Positions 28,089 to 37,695 of a stretch of DNA of 64,000 nt are shown in pieces. This DNA is from a bacterium (GTDB taxonomy: Bacteria > Patescibacteriota > UBA1384 > 2-12-FULL-50-11), in the NCBI GenBank assembly GCA_021463485.1, contig JAJTYJ010000001.1, forward strand, positions 65,378 through 129,377, in the 5' to 3' direction. Under the pieces are notes generated by a model. The model did not search any database and had not been told where the DNA came from. It saw only the letters and a list, made by a program, of their open reading frames with translations. Position 1 is the first letter of the stretch. Every line of letters begins with the position of its first letter. Made by a program: the position numbers and the translations under genes.

Positions 28089-29872
28089 TGCTTAGGGCGA
28101 CGTTCGGATGGATCGGTTGTGATCAGCGGATGCTCGGATTCAGATGCAGTCACTTTGACGGCGACGTGGTGGTTGTTGGCGATAATTAGCGCTTCGCCAC
28201 GCTCGCAGGTTAACAGAAACCGTTGTTCATACTCGCTTAAGCGAAATTCAGAGGCTACATTCTTAATCGTGGTTGTGTCTTGGCGCATTAAGATACGCAG
28301 GGCGCTTTGCGAGGCAATGGCACGACCGTAAGCATTTTGTAAGAAGTCGCTGGCTTGCTGGGAAATAATACTGACCCCGAGATAATATTTCCGCGCTCGT
28401 CGTACCAATCCGGCGATAAATCTCGCCGATTCTTCGTGCTCGAGCATCAGCCAAGCTTCGTCAATGACCAGAATTCGCTTGGAGGGATCGGATTTAACCT
28501 GATTTTGGGTAAACTGAGCGACCACTAAGTGCATAATCTGCCGCAGCGACTCCGGCAGGTCTTTAGTGTCGAAAACGACTAAGCGGTTGGATAGCTCGAT
28601 GTTGGTTTGCGAATTGAATACTTCCGACAGCGAACCCTTGGTGTATTTTTCTAACCGCTGGCATAACTTCGTTTGTTTCAGCGTCTTTAGCTCTTTATGA
28701 AGATCCGAGAGTAAGGGATAAACATGACCTGGTTTCTTGGCCGTTTTCTTTTTTGTCCAACCAAATTTCCTATAGGTCGTCATAATCGCTTTGTCGACAA
28801 CTGACTTCTCTTCGGCGCTTAAACCGTCTGCCATCAAAGAAATGATTTCAGTCAGTGATTGAACGTGATCGGCGAAGCTATCAGCCTCGTTATAAGCATT
28901 AACCGATAAGTCAAACGGGTTAATCTTCTCTTTAGAGTGAACCGACAGCTTTATATACGTTCCCTTAACCGATTCGGCTAATTGCCGATATTCTCGCTCC
29001 GGATCGATAACAATAACCTTTGTGCCTTGCATTAAGTGGCGCAAAATCTCGACTTTGGCCGTGTAAGATTTACCGGCTCCGGATTGAGCAAAAAGAATAC
29101 TGTTCGCGTTTGGCAGACTGAACCGATCGAGAATAACCAGCGAGCTATTAGACTTATTAATTCCGTAAAGTACGCCCGATTCCTGAACTAATTCGGAAGA
29201 AATAAACGGGAAGGTCAGCGCTGCCGAGGAACTATCCAGATTACGCTTTTGGGCCAATTGATTGTCGCCGCGCGGTAAAACCGACTGTAAGCCGTCAAGC
29301 TGCTGGGACATCGCCGATTTGGTGTAAAAGAGCCGGGTTGCCAGTAACGTTTCGAGAACTTTGACGGTTTTATCCAGCTCAACCAACGAATCGGCTGAAA
29401 CGGTGATGTAAAGCGAAATCTGGAAGAGATTTTCCTGGCCACGCTGGATCTTATCGCGCAATTCAATGGCCGATTCCAGCGGATCAAGCAGCTCAGCGCC
29501 GATAATCCGGCCGGATCGCTCCATCGCCCGCTTAGTTGAAGTCATCTCCGTAATTTTCCGGTTCAGCTTCGGCAAAGCGAACGTTGCCTCGACCGGCTCG
29601 ATGTGGAAGGAAATATCGACGTTGTGGTTGAAGTTAATCAGGTGGTTCAGCCAGCCGCTCGAAGCGGTGTAGGGATAACCCGAAATATAGAGGGTGCGAA
29701 TATATCGGCCGTCGATAACAAGATGATTCGGCTGCTCTTCTAGGCCAGAATACGTAACAAAATCGAGCTGATCCTGCTCGCCGACGTGGGAGGATAGCTT
29801 CTGGCGACGCTCGTCGCGCTCTTTCTTCCAGACTTTATACCCGGCTTTAACTCTAGAGATAATTGGTGGCAT
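28085..29872 (-). CDS. VirB4-like conjugative ATPase
   Basis: AQSGAGKS Walker A; VIDPEREY; VIDEAW; RRARKY. Confidence 0.9.
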   Translation of the reverse strand: MPPIISRVKAGYKVWKKERDERRQKLSSHVGEQDQLDFVTYSGLEEQPNHLVIDGRYIRTLYISGYPYTASSGWLNHLINFNHNVDISFHIEPVEATFALPKLNRKITEMTSTKRAMERSGRIIGAELLDPLESAIELRDKIQRGQENLFQISLYITVSADSLVELDKTVKVLETLLATRLFYTKSAMSQQLDGLQSVLPRGDNQLAQKRNLDSSSAALTFPFISSELVQESGVLYGINKSNSSLVILDRFSLPNANSILFAQSGAGKSYTAKVEILRHLMQGTKVIVIDPEREYRQLAESVKGTYIKLSVHSKEKINPFDLSVNAYNEADSFADHVQSLTEIISLMADGLSAEEKSVVDKAIMTTYRKFGWTKKKTAKKPGHVYPLLSDLHKELKTLKQTKLCQRLEKYTKGSLSEVFNSQTNIELSNRLVVFDTKDLPESLRQIMHLVVAQFTQNQVKSDPSKRILVIDEAWLMLEHEESARFIAGLVRRARKYYLGVSIISQQASDFLQNAYGRAIASQSALRILMRQDTTTIKNVASEFRLSEYEQRFLLTCERGEALIIANNHHVAVKVTASESEHPLITTDPSERRPKQ

Positions 29873-30470
29873 TGGTGTGTTTGATTAGCTCCTGTGTTAA
29901 AGGCTGAATCTTCGCCTGTTCCGGCCGGTAAAAACCGTAGAACAAATCTAAAATCTCCAAACTCGACAGCGGCCGAGCGGTCATCCCGAGCTTTTCCAGA
30001 CCTTTCGCAACAATTTCCTGTTCCAAATGGAGCTGTTCCTTGACGAGTTTGAAGTCGGTGACGGTACGGCTCTCAAACGGAATAACGACATAAAACCGCC
30101 GCGACAGAATCTTGTTACCGGCGACCAGCTCGCGAATAAACTTGCCGTACTCTTCCATCTGCTTTTTGTAGATCGGCTGCTTCTCGTCAGCCCGTGCTGT
30201 TTGGAAATCCTCAATGTAGCGATCAACGTCGAGTTCGCGGATTCTGACTAATATCTGAACCGGTGTCGTTAAGGAGTTGAGAAACGACTGGAAGTTATCG
30301 ACGATGGCATCTTGTTCATCGGCACTCTGGAGTTCGAAATTGACCGAAGAAGTCGCTAAGACCGCCCGATAGCGGTTATCCGGCAGGATCAGAATATTAT
30401 CGCGAACGCCTTTAATCGCGATTTGATTGCGAGCGGAACCGTTAGTCTTTGATCGGCGTGATCGAAACAT
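29853..30470 (-). CDS. Conjugation protein (VirB4-associated, TraC/TrsD-like)
   Basis: NFELQSADEQDAI...FLNSL...RRFYVVIP; between PrgI and VirB4; GGAGG SD. Confidence 0.65.
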   Translation of the reverse strand: MFRSRRSKTNGSARNQIAIKGVRDNILILPDNRYRAVLATSSVNFELQSADEQDAIVDNFQSFLNSLTTPVQILVRIRELDVDRYIEDFQTARADEKQPIYKKQMEEYGKFIRELVAGNKILSRRFYVVIPFESRTVTDFKLVKEQLHLEQEIVAKGLEKLGMTARPLSSLEILDLFYGFYRPEQAKIQPLTQELIKHTNATNYL

Positions 30471-30948
30471 CGAGACCTCCTTTCTTGGCAACCTCAAACG
30501 AAAGCGTTAATGAGGGGTTGGTTAATAATTGATTAACCCGCGTTTCATCGGTGAGCGGGATACTTGGCAACAGCGCCCTGGTTTTCTTCTTCGGCTCCTC
30601 GATGGTCACGGCTTGTTTCTTCGCTACTGCGATCTGTTCCCGGCCAGCTTCGTCGTTCTTCGTAAAGACATAGCGGCGCGGTCGTTTGGAATAACGAGAG
30701 TAGACCGATAGCCACTCGGCAACGATTTTGCCGTTAATCCGGATGCTTAAGCCGATAAAGACGAAGAACTCGAGCAAGATTAAAGAAAGCTTAAATGAGC
30801 CGAGGTGCATCTTCGGCGGAATAAGGACGTAGAAAACGGTGCCGATAATCAACGCTACGATCATCAGGAAGATTTGGGCGAACGTGAAGTTGCCAGCAAT
30901 GCGGTCTTCAACGGTCGTTATCTGGGCCGGAACGACGGTGGTCTTCAT
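30442..30948 (-). CDS. PrgI family protein (VirB3-like)
   Basis: VPAQITTVEDRIAGNFTFAQ plus two TMs. Confidence 0.8.
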   Translation of the reverse strand: MKTTVVPAQITTVEDRIAGNFTFAQIFLMIVALIIGTVFYVLIPPKMHLGSFKLSLILLEFFVFIGLSIRINGKIVAEWLSVYSRYSKRPRRYVFTKNDEAGREQIAVAKKQAVTIEEPKKKTRALLPSIPLTDETRVNQLLTNPSLTLSFEVAKKGGLDVSITPIKD

Positions 30949-32228
30949 GCTGCCGCTCCTTTCTTAACGGCGGCCGATTTGGCGCGGGAAGAAGCAACTT
31001 CGGCCGGAGCCGGACTGACGACATTAAGGAACTGGCCGCCGAATTTCTTAAAGATGCCGGTCGCTTGAGTAGCTAAGGTCAGCTGGACCGTCATCGCCGT
31101 GCTCTTTAAGAGAATCGAGAATAAGGCAATGCCGATCAAAATCGAGATGAACGGGTTGGTATTAACCTGGTTCGGGATCGTCAGGAAGGCCGAAGCGAGC
31201 TGAATGATAACGACGTGGATAAAGAGGCTGAAGATCATGACGATATAGGTCTTAGCGGCGGCTTCGGCAAAATCGCTCATCTTCGGCATCAGCCACAAAA
31301 GACAAAGAAGCGGAGCCATCACTGCGCCGAAAGCCAGGATCATCAACCGGCTGACATAGAACAAGAGGAGAATAACCGCCAGCAAGATAAAGACGACCAT
31401 AAAGATCAACGTAATCAGCAGCGTCCCGCCGGTTGCCAAGGCGGCCGGATCGAAAGCATTTAGTATCCAGGCCGAGCCGATACCGCCGGTGGCGTTCAAG
31501 ACCGCATTGATCAGTGTTTGGCAAAGCGTAATGATCCAGTCGATCAAGAAGATCGAGGTGTTGGCCAGTAAGAAGGCTAAGCCGATTCTCGGTAGTAATT
31601 GTTTCAACGGCACATCTTCAAATCCGAAGGTTGAAGCGCTCATAACTTGGAAACCTAAAAGCGCGATACCTAAGGCAAATAGTGAATCGGTAATCCCGAT
31701 CATCACCAGCCAAAAGTTGAAGACAACGGAGTTGGTCGAAAGCATCGGCGTGCTTGTCAGGAAATGAATAATCCCGTCGATGATCGGTTTGGTCGCCGAC
31801 TGAACGATGTTTTGGAGGAAGCCGGCGATCGCCTTCATAATCACTTGGGCCAACGAACCGTCGTCGGCTTGCGGCTCGATCGGCGCTAAGTTAATGGCCG
31901 TACCGAGCGCCGGCGTATTCGGTTCGGTAAAGGCCGACGAGAGCATCGAAGAGAACACGGCCGCCGCAATGACAATGACCAGACCGATTAGAGCTTGGCG
32001 GATGGTTCGCTTAGCCTCAGACAGCGCTTCCGGCTTGCCGGTTGAAGTGATATAGACGTAACCGCCACGGATTAAAAAGAAGGCCGCAGCTAACCCGGCT
32101 ACGGATATTAATACCGTTAAGGTGTCTTGAGTGAATCGGGCGACTTCGCCGTTAGAGGCGGCTAAAGCCGAAGCGGGCGCGAGCAAGACCGTCCCCGCCA
32201 GCAAGAGTGCGGTGAACAGTCGTTTCAT
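30945..32228 (-). CDS. Pilin-like/VirB6(TrbL)-like polytopic membrane protein
   Basis: N-terminal TrbC/VirB2-type segment, then a multi-TM VirB6-like region (SRLMILAFGAVMAPL). Confidence 0.7.
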   Translation of the reverse strand: MKRLFTALLLAGTVLLAPASALAASNGEVARFTQDTLTVLISVAGLAAAFFLIRGGYVYITSTGKPEALSEAKRTIRQALIGLVIVIAAAVFSSMLSSAFTEPNTPALGTAINLAPIEPQADDGSLAQVIMKAIAGFLQNIVQSATKPIIDGIIHFLTSTPMLSTNSVVFNFWLVMIGITDSLFALGIALLGFQVMSASTFGFEDVPLKQLLPRIGLAFLLANTSIFLIDWIITLCQTLINAVLNATGGIGSAWILNAFDPAALATGGTLLITLIFMVVFILLAVILLLFYVSRLMILAFGAVMAPLLCLLWLMPKMSDFAEAAAKTYIVMIFSLFIHVVIIQLASAFLTIPNQVNTNPFISILIGIALFSILLKSTAMTVQLTLATQATGIFKKFGGQFLNVVSPAPAEVASSRAKSAAVKKGAAA

Positions 32229-32233
32229 TTCTT

Positions 32234-32563
32234 TTATTTACCGAATGCGGTGGTTGCCAACTCCGAGATAGCGTTACTAAGGACAAAAGCCCCGATCGAG
32301 ACCGCTAAGCCGATTCCCGAATAAATAATCGTTCGCTTTGACCGATCCAAGTGCTCCGGATTACCGGAACTGGTGATGTAACCGATCCCTCCCATTACAA
32401 AAAACCCGGCCGCAAGGAGGCCGGCAAACGTCACCAGGATCGTGATAGCGTTCTGAATAAAGTTCTGTACTTTAGCGACATCAGCAGGGGCGGCCATGAC
32501 CGGGGCAACCCATACGAGAGCGAGCAATAACGAAAGACCGAACGTCCGAAGGCGAGTGGACAT
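32234..32563 (-). CDS. TrbC/VirB2-like pilin
   Basis: Signal peptide, two TMs, GGIGYITSSGNPE..RSKRTI motif. Confidence 0.8.
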   Translation of the reverse strand: MSTRLRTFGLSLLLALVWVAPVMAAPADVAKVQNFIQNAITILVTFAGLLAAGFFVMGGIGYITSSGNPEHLDRSKRTIIYSGIGLAVSIGAFVLSNAISELATTAFGK

Positions 32564-32769
32564 ACATATCCTTTCTCCCCTCCGCAGTTGTAAATTAATA
32601 ATTAATTAACAGTCGAGTATGTTAATTTGCCTACGTAATATCACCTCTGGCATATGCTTGTCAAATATTTAGCTCTGAAAGCACTCTTTACTAGCATATG
32701 TTGTTTGTGGTAAACCTACCGTAAACAAGCACCATTCCGCTATCGGAGGGGTAATACGGAAGCAAGTTT

Positions 32770-35358
32770 ATGAACGTATTTCCCTCAATCACCATCAGCT
32801 TAGAAGCGATCCGTCTGCTTGGGTTGTACGCCCTGGGCGTTATTGGAGTTTGGGTCGTTCTCGCCTGTGTCACCCGGTTAGTCGCGTTCTATCAGCGCTT
32901 AAAGCAAGAGTCGGTTTTGCTGGAAGTTATTCCGCCGACTGATACGGAAGTACCGGCAGTCTCGACCGCCCAATTATTCACTCTTGTTTACGGTTTGTTA
33001 CGCCAGCGATCCTTAGCGGATCGTTTTTTGTTGCGACAGCCGAACTGTTCGCTGGAGATCGTGTCGCACAAAGAAACCGGTATCCGCTACTTATTCCGAG
33101 TACCGAAAGGTTTGGCCGAGCCGATGGAACGGAGCCTCAGAGCCTACCTGCCGGCCCTCAAAGTCAAAGAAGCAGACGAATATCTGCCGGATGAATTGCC
33201 GAAAGGATTAAAAGCAAAGGTCTTGGAGTTTAAGCTCGCTGGACACCCGGCTCTGCCACTGAGCGACCAGACCGACTTAAAGCGTCACGACCCGCTGGTC
33301 TATCTGACCGGCAACATGACACAGCTAAAAGACAATGAGCTATTGGCACTTCAACTTGTTGTTGAGCCGGTCGGAAACTATCGGCAGAACCGCCTCAAGC
33401 GCAAAGCCCTTAAGATCCAACCTTCGGCATTGGCTTCGCAGCGAACAGTTGATCGGGTGGCAAATGTTGTCGAAGCGGTTGTCGGGCTGCTGATGATTCC
33501 GTTCTTAGTTTTGTCAGAATTTGTTACGAGCCAGAAGACAACACTGCCGAGCCGCAAGATTACACCGAACAAGGGCACTCCTGCTCATCAACCACTGGAG
33601 GAACTAACTAATTCCAAGCTCGATCAGCCGCTTTTTGAAACGTCGGTCCGTGCTTTATTGATAGTTGAGAAGAGCCAGCTAAAGACTCGTGAGCGTGGTT
33701 TACTCTCGGCTTTTATGAGTTTCGCGCACCCTATTGGACAGTCGCTAACTAATAAGAAAAACTGGCTCGGCAGAGTCGGTCAAAAGCTGCGCCGCTGGCA
33801 GTTCAAAAGCCGCTTAAATACGCACGGCTTGATACTCTCGGCCTCGGAAGTCGGCGCGCTGTATCACTTCCCGTATACCAAAACGATTCGGACAGAAGAC
33901 TTGATTAAATCCAAAAGTCGCGAGTTGCCAGCGCCGCTTTCGCTCAAAAACAATCGTGAGTTAGATACCGTCTTTGCACTCAATCGCTACGGCAACAGCG
34001 AAACAAACATCGGCTTAACGGATGACGAGCGCTCGCGGCACATGTATCTAATCGGCCAGACCGGTTCCGGTAAATCGACCGCGATCTATCATATAGCGGC
34101 CAGCGACATCGCCAAAGGGCGAGGCTTAGCCGTTATCGATCCGCACGGCGACTTGGCCGAAGACTTACTGGCTACCATTCCGGAATCAAGAATTGACGAT
34201 GTGATTTACTTTAATCCGTTTGATATTGCTCATCCGATCGGCATTAATTTATTAGAACTGCCGCCTAGCCTGACTGACGACGAGCTGGAGCTGGAAAAGG
34301 AATTCGTCTGCGAAAGTATTGTTTCCATTTTTCGTCGCATCTTTAACAAGGACGAGAATACCGATGCCCACCGAATCGAATACATTTTGCGCAACACTAT
34401 TCACACTGCCTTTACGGTTGAAGACGCGACAATCTTCACGGTCTACGAATTGCTGAATAATCCACAGTTTCAAAAGCAGGTTATCGCCCGGTTAAAAGAT
34501 GAGAACCTGCGAAGCTTTTGGAAGAACGAGTTCGGTAAAGCCGGCGACTACCAGATCGTTAAAATGGTCGGCGGTGTAACCGCCAAGATCGGTCGCTTTT
34601 TGTTCTCGCCGATTGCCAAGCGGATTCTGGAGCAACCGAAGTCGACGATCAATTTTGAAGAAATTCTGAATTCTGAGAAGATCCTGATCTGTAACTTGGC
34701 TGAGGGAAGAATCGGCGAAGATACTTCTCAGCTCCTCGGTACGATAGTAATCGCCAAGATTCATCAGGCCGCTCAACGCCGGGCCCGCAAAGCATTATCA
34801 AGTCGGACGCCGTTTTATTTATTCGTCGACGAGTTCCAGAACTTTGCTACCAGCTCGTTTACCAAGCTACTGTCGGGCGGACGAAAGTTCGGCTTAAGAA
34901 TCACGATTGCCGAGCAATCGACGGCTCAGCAATCGGACCGCTCCATCGTCGACGTGATTCTGGCCAATACCGGCGTTGTGGTTTGTTTCCGCACCGCCAG
35001 CCCGGTCGATGAAGAATTGATGCTGGCGCAGTTTGCGCCGCTCGTTAAAACCGGCGATATCGCTAATCTGCCGCGCCATAAGTTCTATATGCGCCTAGCC
35101 GCAATTGAAGCCGAAGATCCGTTCTCCGGCGAAACCATCCCGATTAATAGTCAACGCGACTTGGCAATGATGGAACGGTTGATTAACGCTTCGCGGACGA
35201 ACTACGCCATTCTGTACCAAAAACCGGAACCGCAGGCCGTGACTCCGATTACGAGAAGAGAGCCCACAACAGCTCCCGCCAAGCCCGGGAAGACATTAGG
35301 ATCGCTGAGTAAGAAAAGAGCAGCAGCTGATCCGAATTTGAATCCCGCAACTGGTTAG
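32770..35358 (+). CDS. VirD4/TraD-like type IV coupling protein
   Basis: N-terminal TM; HMYLIGQTGSGKST; IDPHGD; VDEFQNF; RKFGL. Confidence 0.88.
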   Translation: MNVFPSITISLEAIRLLGLYALGVIGVWVVLACVTRLVAFYQRLKQESVLLEVIPPTDTEVPAVSTAQLFTLVYGLLRQRSLADRFLLRQPNCSLEIVSHKETGIRYLFRVPKGLAEPMERSLRAYLPALKVKEADEYLPDELPKGLKAKVLEFKLAGHPALPLSDQTDLKRHDPLVYLTGNMTQLKDNELLALQLVVEPVGNYRQNRLKRKALKIQPSALASQRTVDRVANVVEAVVGLLMIPFLVLSEFVTSQKTTLPSRKITPNKGTPAHQPLEELTNSKLDQPLFETSVRALLIVEKSQLKTRERGLLSAFMSFAHPIGQSLTNKKNWLGRVGQKLRRWQFKSRLNTHGLILSASEVGALYHFPYTKTIRTEDLIKSKSRELPAPLSLKNNRELDTVFALNRYGNSETNIGLTDDERSRHMYLIGQTGSGKSTAIYHIAASDIAKGRGLAVIDPHGDLAEDLLATIPESRIDDVIYFNPFDIAHPIGINLLELPPSLTDDELELEKEFVCESIVSIFRRIFNKDENTDAHRIEYILRNTIHTAFTVEDATIFTVYELLNNPQFQKQVIARLKDENLRSFWKNEFGKAGDYQIVKMVGGVTAKIGRFLFSPIAKRILEQPKSTINFEEILNSEKILICNLAEGRIGEDTSQLLGTIVIAKIHQAAQRRARKALSSRTPFYLFVDEFQNFATSSFTKLLSGGRKFGLRITIAEQSTAQQSDRSIVDVILANTGVVVCFRTASPVDEELMLAQFAPLVKTGDIANLPRHKFYMRLAAIEAEDPFSGETIPINSQRDLAMMERLINASRTNYAILYQKPEPQAVTPITRREPTTAPAKPGKTLGSLSKKRAAADPNLNPATG

Positions 35359-35422
35359 AGCTGTAAAAAAGTAGAGTCTTTATTAATATATATACTCTCT
35401 TCTTACTTCTTTGCTTTCCGCC

Positions 35423-36151
35423 ATGGAACAAACAACATCCCTTCACCTAACCCAACGCCACACCGACATCCTGCTTTTACTGTACCGCTTCCGCTACCTG
35501 ACCCGCCCGCAAATCCAAACACTTCTTAATTACAAAAACCATCGTCAAACCATCGAACTGCTCAACATACTCACGGCACACGATCACGTCAGAAAGTACT
35601 ACGATCGAAAGTCAGCAGTCATACCGGCAGTCTATTCGTTAGGAAAGGCTAGTAGAGCTGTGTTAAAGAAACTGGATATGCCGTCATCGGAGTTAAAACG
35701 TATTAGCTGGGAGAGAAACTATACGCCGGCCTTTCGCGACAGATGCGTTTTCGTTGCTCAGATTTATCTGGATCTGATGAAACAAACGGGAGGGGCGCTT
35801 GGCTTTTGGACCAAAGCCGACCTGAACGGCGTCGAGAACATACTTGCTCCGGCACCGGATGCCTATTTTACTATTGGAGCGAAGCGATATTTCCTGGATG
35901 CCCCACTAACCGTGCCTGGCAAGGCGCTCCGCAATCGAGCTAGAAAGTATGCCGATTACTTTACTGACGGGGAATGGCGGGAAGAGGAAGACAGCGTCTT
36001 CCCAGAGGTGATTATTCTCTGCTCAAATCCGCGCTTAGCCAAAGGTTTGTCGTACTACATTAAAAAAGAATTCTCGGACGAGCCCGATCTCCACTTTCTT
36101 GTGAGTTCTGATCGGTCTCTGGAGAAGCTACTGCCAAAGAAAAAGGCCTGA
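35423..36151 (+). CDS. Replication-relaxation family protein (putative relaxase)
   Basis: wHTH N-terminus (LLYRFRYLTRPQI) plus PDAYF PD-(D/E)xK-like region; directly after the coupling protein. Confidence 0.7.
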   Translation: MEQTTSLHLTQRHTDILLLLYRFRYLTRPQIQTLLNYKNHRQTIELLNILTAHDHVRKYYDRKSAVIPAVYSLGKASRAVLKKLDMPSSELKRISWERNYTPAFRDRCVFVAQIYLDLMKQTGGALGFWTKADLNGVENILAPAPDAYFTIGAKRYFLDAPLTVPGKALRNRARKYADYFTDGEWREEEDSVFPEVIILCSNPRLAKGLSYYIKKEFSDEPDLHFLVSSDRSLEKLLPKKKA

Positions 36152-36175
36152 GGCAGTTAACCCCAGACCCTTCTC

Positions 36176-36502
36176 TTACTTTTCGTCGCTGATGTATAGA
36201 ACCTTCTTGCGGTGAAACCAAAAGACGTGCTGGTAGTGAATCCAGTGCGCCTGATTACGCGATAGACGCGATCGATCCCGCATGACGATATATCGGATCT
36301 TCGAGTTGCGAAGGCATTTCAACAGCCTTCGAAAACCCGGCCGGTCTTTCCGCATCCCGCTGATACCGCTATCCGACTCAAAGCCGGTCAGTTCCAAGCC
36401 GTGCTTCTTACAGTACGCTTCGATCTGCGCGTGTTGCTCGGCCAGCGAGTCAGGATTGACCGTCGCTGAGCGCACGTACCCGATCGCTTGTTTGCCAGCC
36501 AT
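36176..36502 (-). CDS. Small serine recombinase (catalytic domain only)
   Basis: IGYVRSAT, DSGISG, RPGF and DRSRLSR motifs; no DNA-binding domain. Confidence 0.75.
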   Translation of the reverse strand: MAGKQAIGYVRSATVNPDSLAEQHAQIEAYCKKHGLELTGFESDSGISGMRKDRPGFRRLLKCLRNSKIRYIVMRDRSRLSRNQAHWIHYQHVFWFHRKKVLYISDEK

Positions 36503-36816
36503 TAGTACTCCTCAGCTAACATCACCGTTAGCGTTCGCTTGCAATTTTCCGAGAGCGGATCGCACCAGCCGGAATACGTCGGATTGTAGTAGTCGATCTT
36601 CCAGAAGATCTTCTTGCCGTACCAATACAGCTGACCGAAATCATGTTCGCCGTACGGATCGCTCTTTTCATCGAACTTATCATAGTTGCGAACCGCGTGA
36701 AGCAATCCGTCGATCTTCGGCAAGGCGTGAACACCCTGCGTCAGGGTAATGCCGAATCCCAGCTCCCGGAACCGATCGTTGAATCGTGCCTGTTTCGATA
36801 ATACCTTTGTAGTCAT
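36502..36816 (-). CDS. DUF3768 domain protein
   Basis: NDRFR...DPYGEHDFG...FWKIDYY...LTVMLAEEY. Confidence 0.85.
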   Translation of the reverse strand: MTTKVLSKQARFNDRFRELGFGITLTQGVHALPKIDGLLHAVRNYDKFDEKSDPYGEHDFGQLYWYGKKIFWKIDYYNPTYSGWCDPLSENCKRTLTVMLAEEY

Positions 36817-36862
36817 TGAAGCCTCCTCTTTAAGTTATGTTTGTGTCGGGCTTGGTCGACCT

Positions 36863-37005
36863 TCCTGCCCTTCGACAAGAGAGCAAGGACGGAACGCCGG
36901 CGGTGTCAAGGTGGAGCCGGCCTTCCTTAAAAGGAGGGGTAAAATAGTAGCCGGACAACCTTGATGCCGTCGGACCCGTCCTTACGATGGAGAGAGTGGG
37001 CAGGA
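36863..37005. promoter_or_regulatory. Long imperfect inverted repeat; Frpo/sso-like single-strand promoter or origin
   Basis: Arms TCCTGCCC..AAGGACGG..CCGGCGGTGTCAAGGT and ACCTTGATGCCGTCGG..CCGTCCTT..GGGCAGGA. Confidence 0.65.
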
Positions 37006-37076
37006 GAAAAGTTAACTCCTTTTACTCTGTTAATCCCGAATCGACAGAGTAGTGCCGGAGGTGTAACATATAGCCA

Positions 37077-37694
37077 ATGACAAAAGGCCTCAAAGTCGGA
37101 GTGGGGTGCTTAGCTATCCTTGTAATAGGCATCATTATTAGCGTGATCGGTGGCTCAAATAACCAAAATAGTCAGCAGAGCAGTAATGTCTCTGAAGTGA
37201 GTGAGCCCTCATTCACCCTTACCGAACTCAAAATAAAGATTGGTCAACTTACCAGCGATGAAAATCAGGCAAACTTGGCAGGTAGCTATGAGTCGCCCGA
37301 TCAGGAACAGATGAAAGACCCGGAAAGAATTGTGACTGACTATAAAGATGGTGACACTGTTACCGTTGAGGGTGATTTTGTTGAAGTGGTTGCGTCATAT
37401 ACGGGACCACCACTAAAAAAAGAGGGCTTTCTTTCGACCCCCAGCAGGTTTAGTGCAACTGGACCTCGTCATGTTAGTGAATCATCAGTTACACACGCGG
37501 GAGGCGGCAGCAGTTGGGTTATTCGTGACGGTAAGGCGAAAGTAACTTTCTTACCGCTCAGCTACGTTAATTATCTTGATGATGGAGAAGTGGTGTTAAC
37601 GCTTCGGCTCGAGTCCGAAAAAGGACAAATTTTCGAGAAGAAAATAAAGTTCTTCGTTGACGACCACGTACGACGCGAGAAGTACCGTCAGTAA
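37077..37694 (+). CDS. Membrane-anchored hypothetical protein
   Basis: N-terminal TM, Ser/Asn/Gln linker. Confidence 0.7.
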   Translation: MTKGLKVGVGCLAILVIGIIISVIGGSNNQNSQQSSNVSEVSEPSFTLTELKIKIGQLTSDENQANLAGSYESPDQEQMKDPERIVTDYKDGDTVTVEGDFVEVVASYTGPPLKKEGFLSTPSRFSATGPRHVSESSVTHAGGGSSWVIRDGKAKVTFLPLSYVNYLDDGEVVLTLRLESEKGQIFEKKIKFFVDDHVRREKYRQ

Positions 37695-37695
37695 A

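Noticed and set aside
35359-35422. AT-rich stretch with a weak inverted repeat as oriT
   Set aside because: Symmetry is too weak and there is no recognisable nic motif; equally explained as a promoter.
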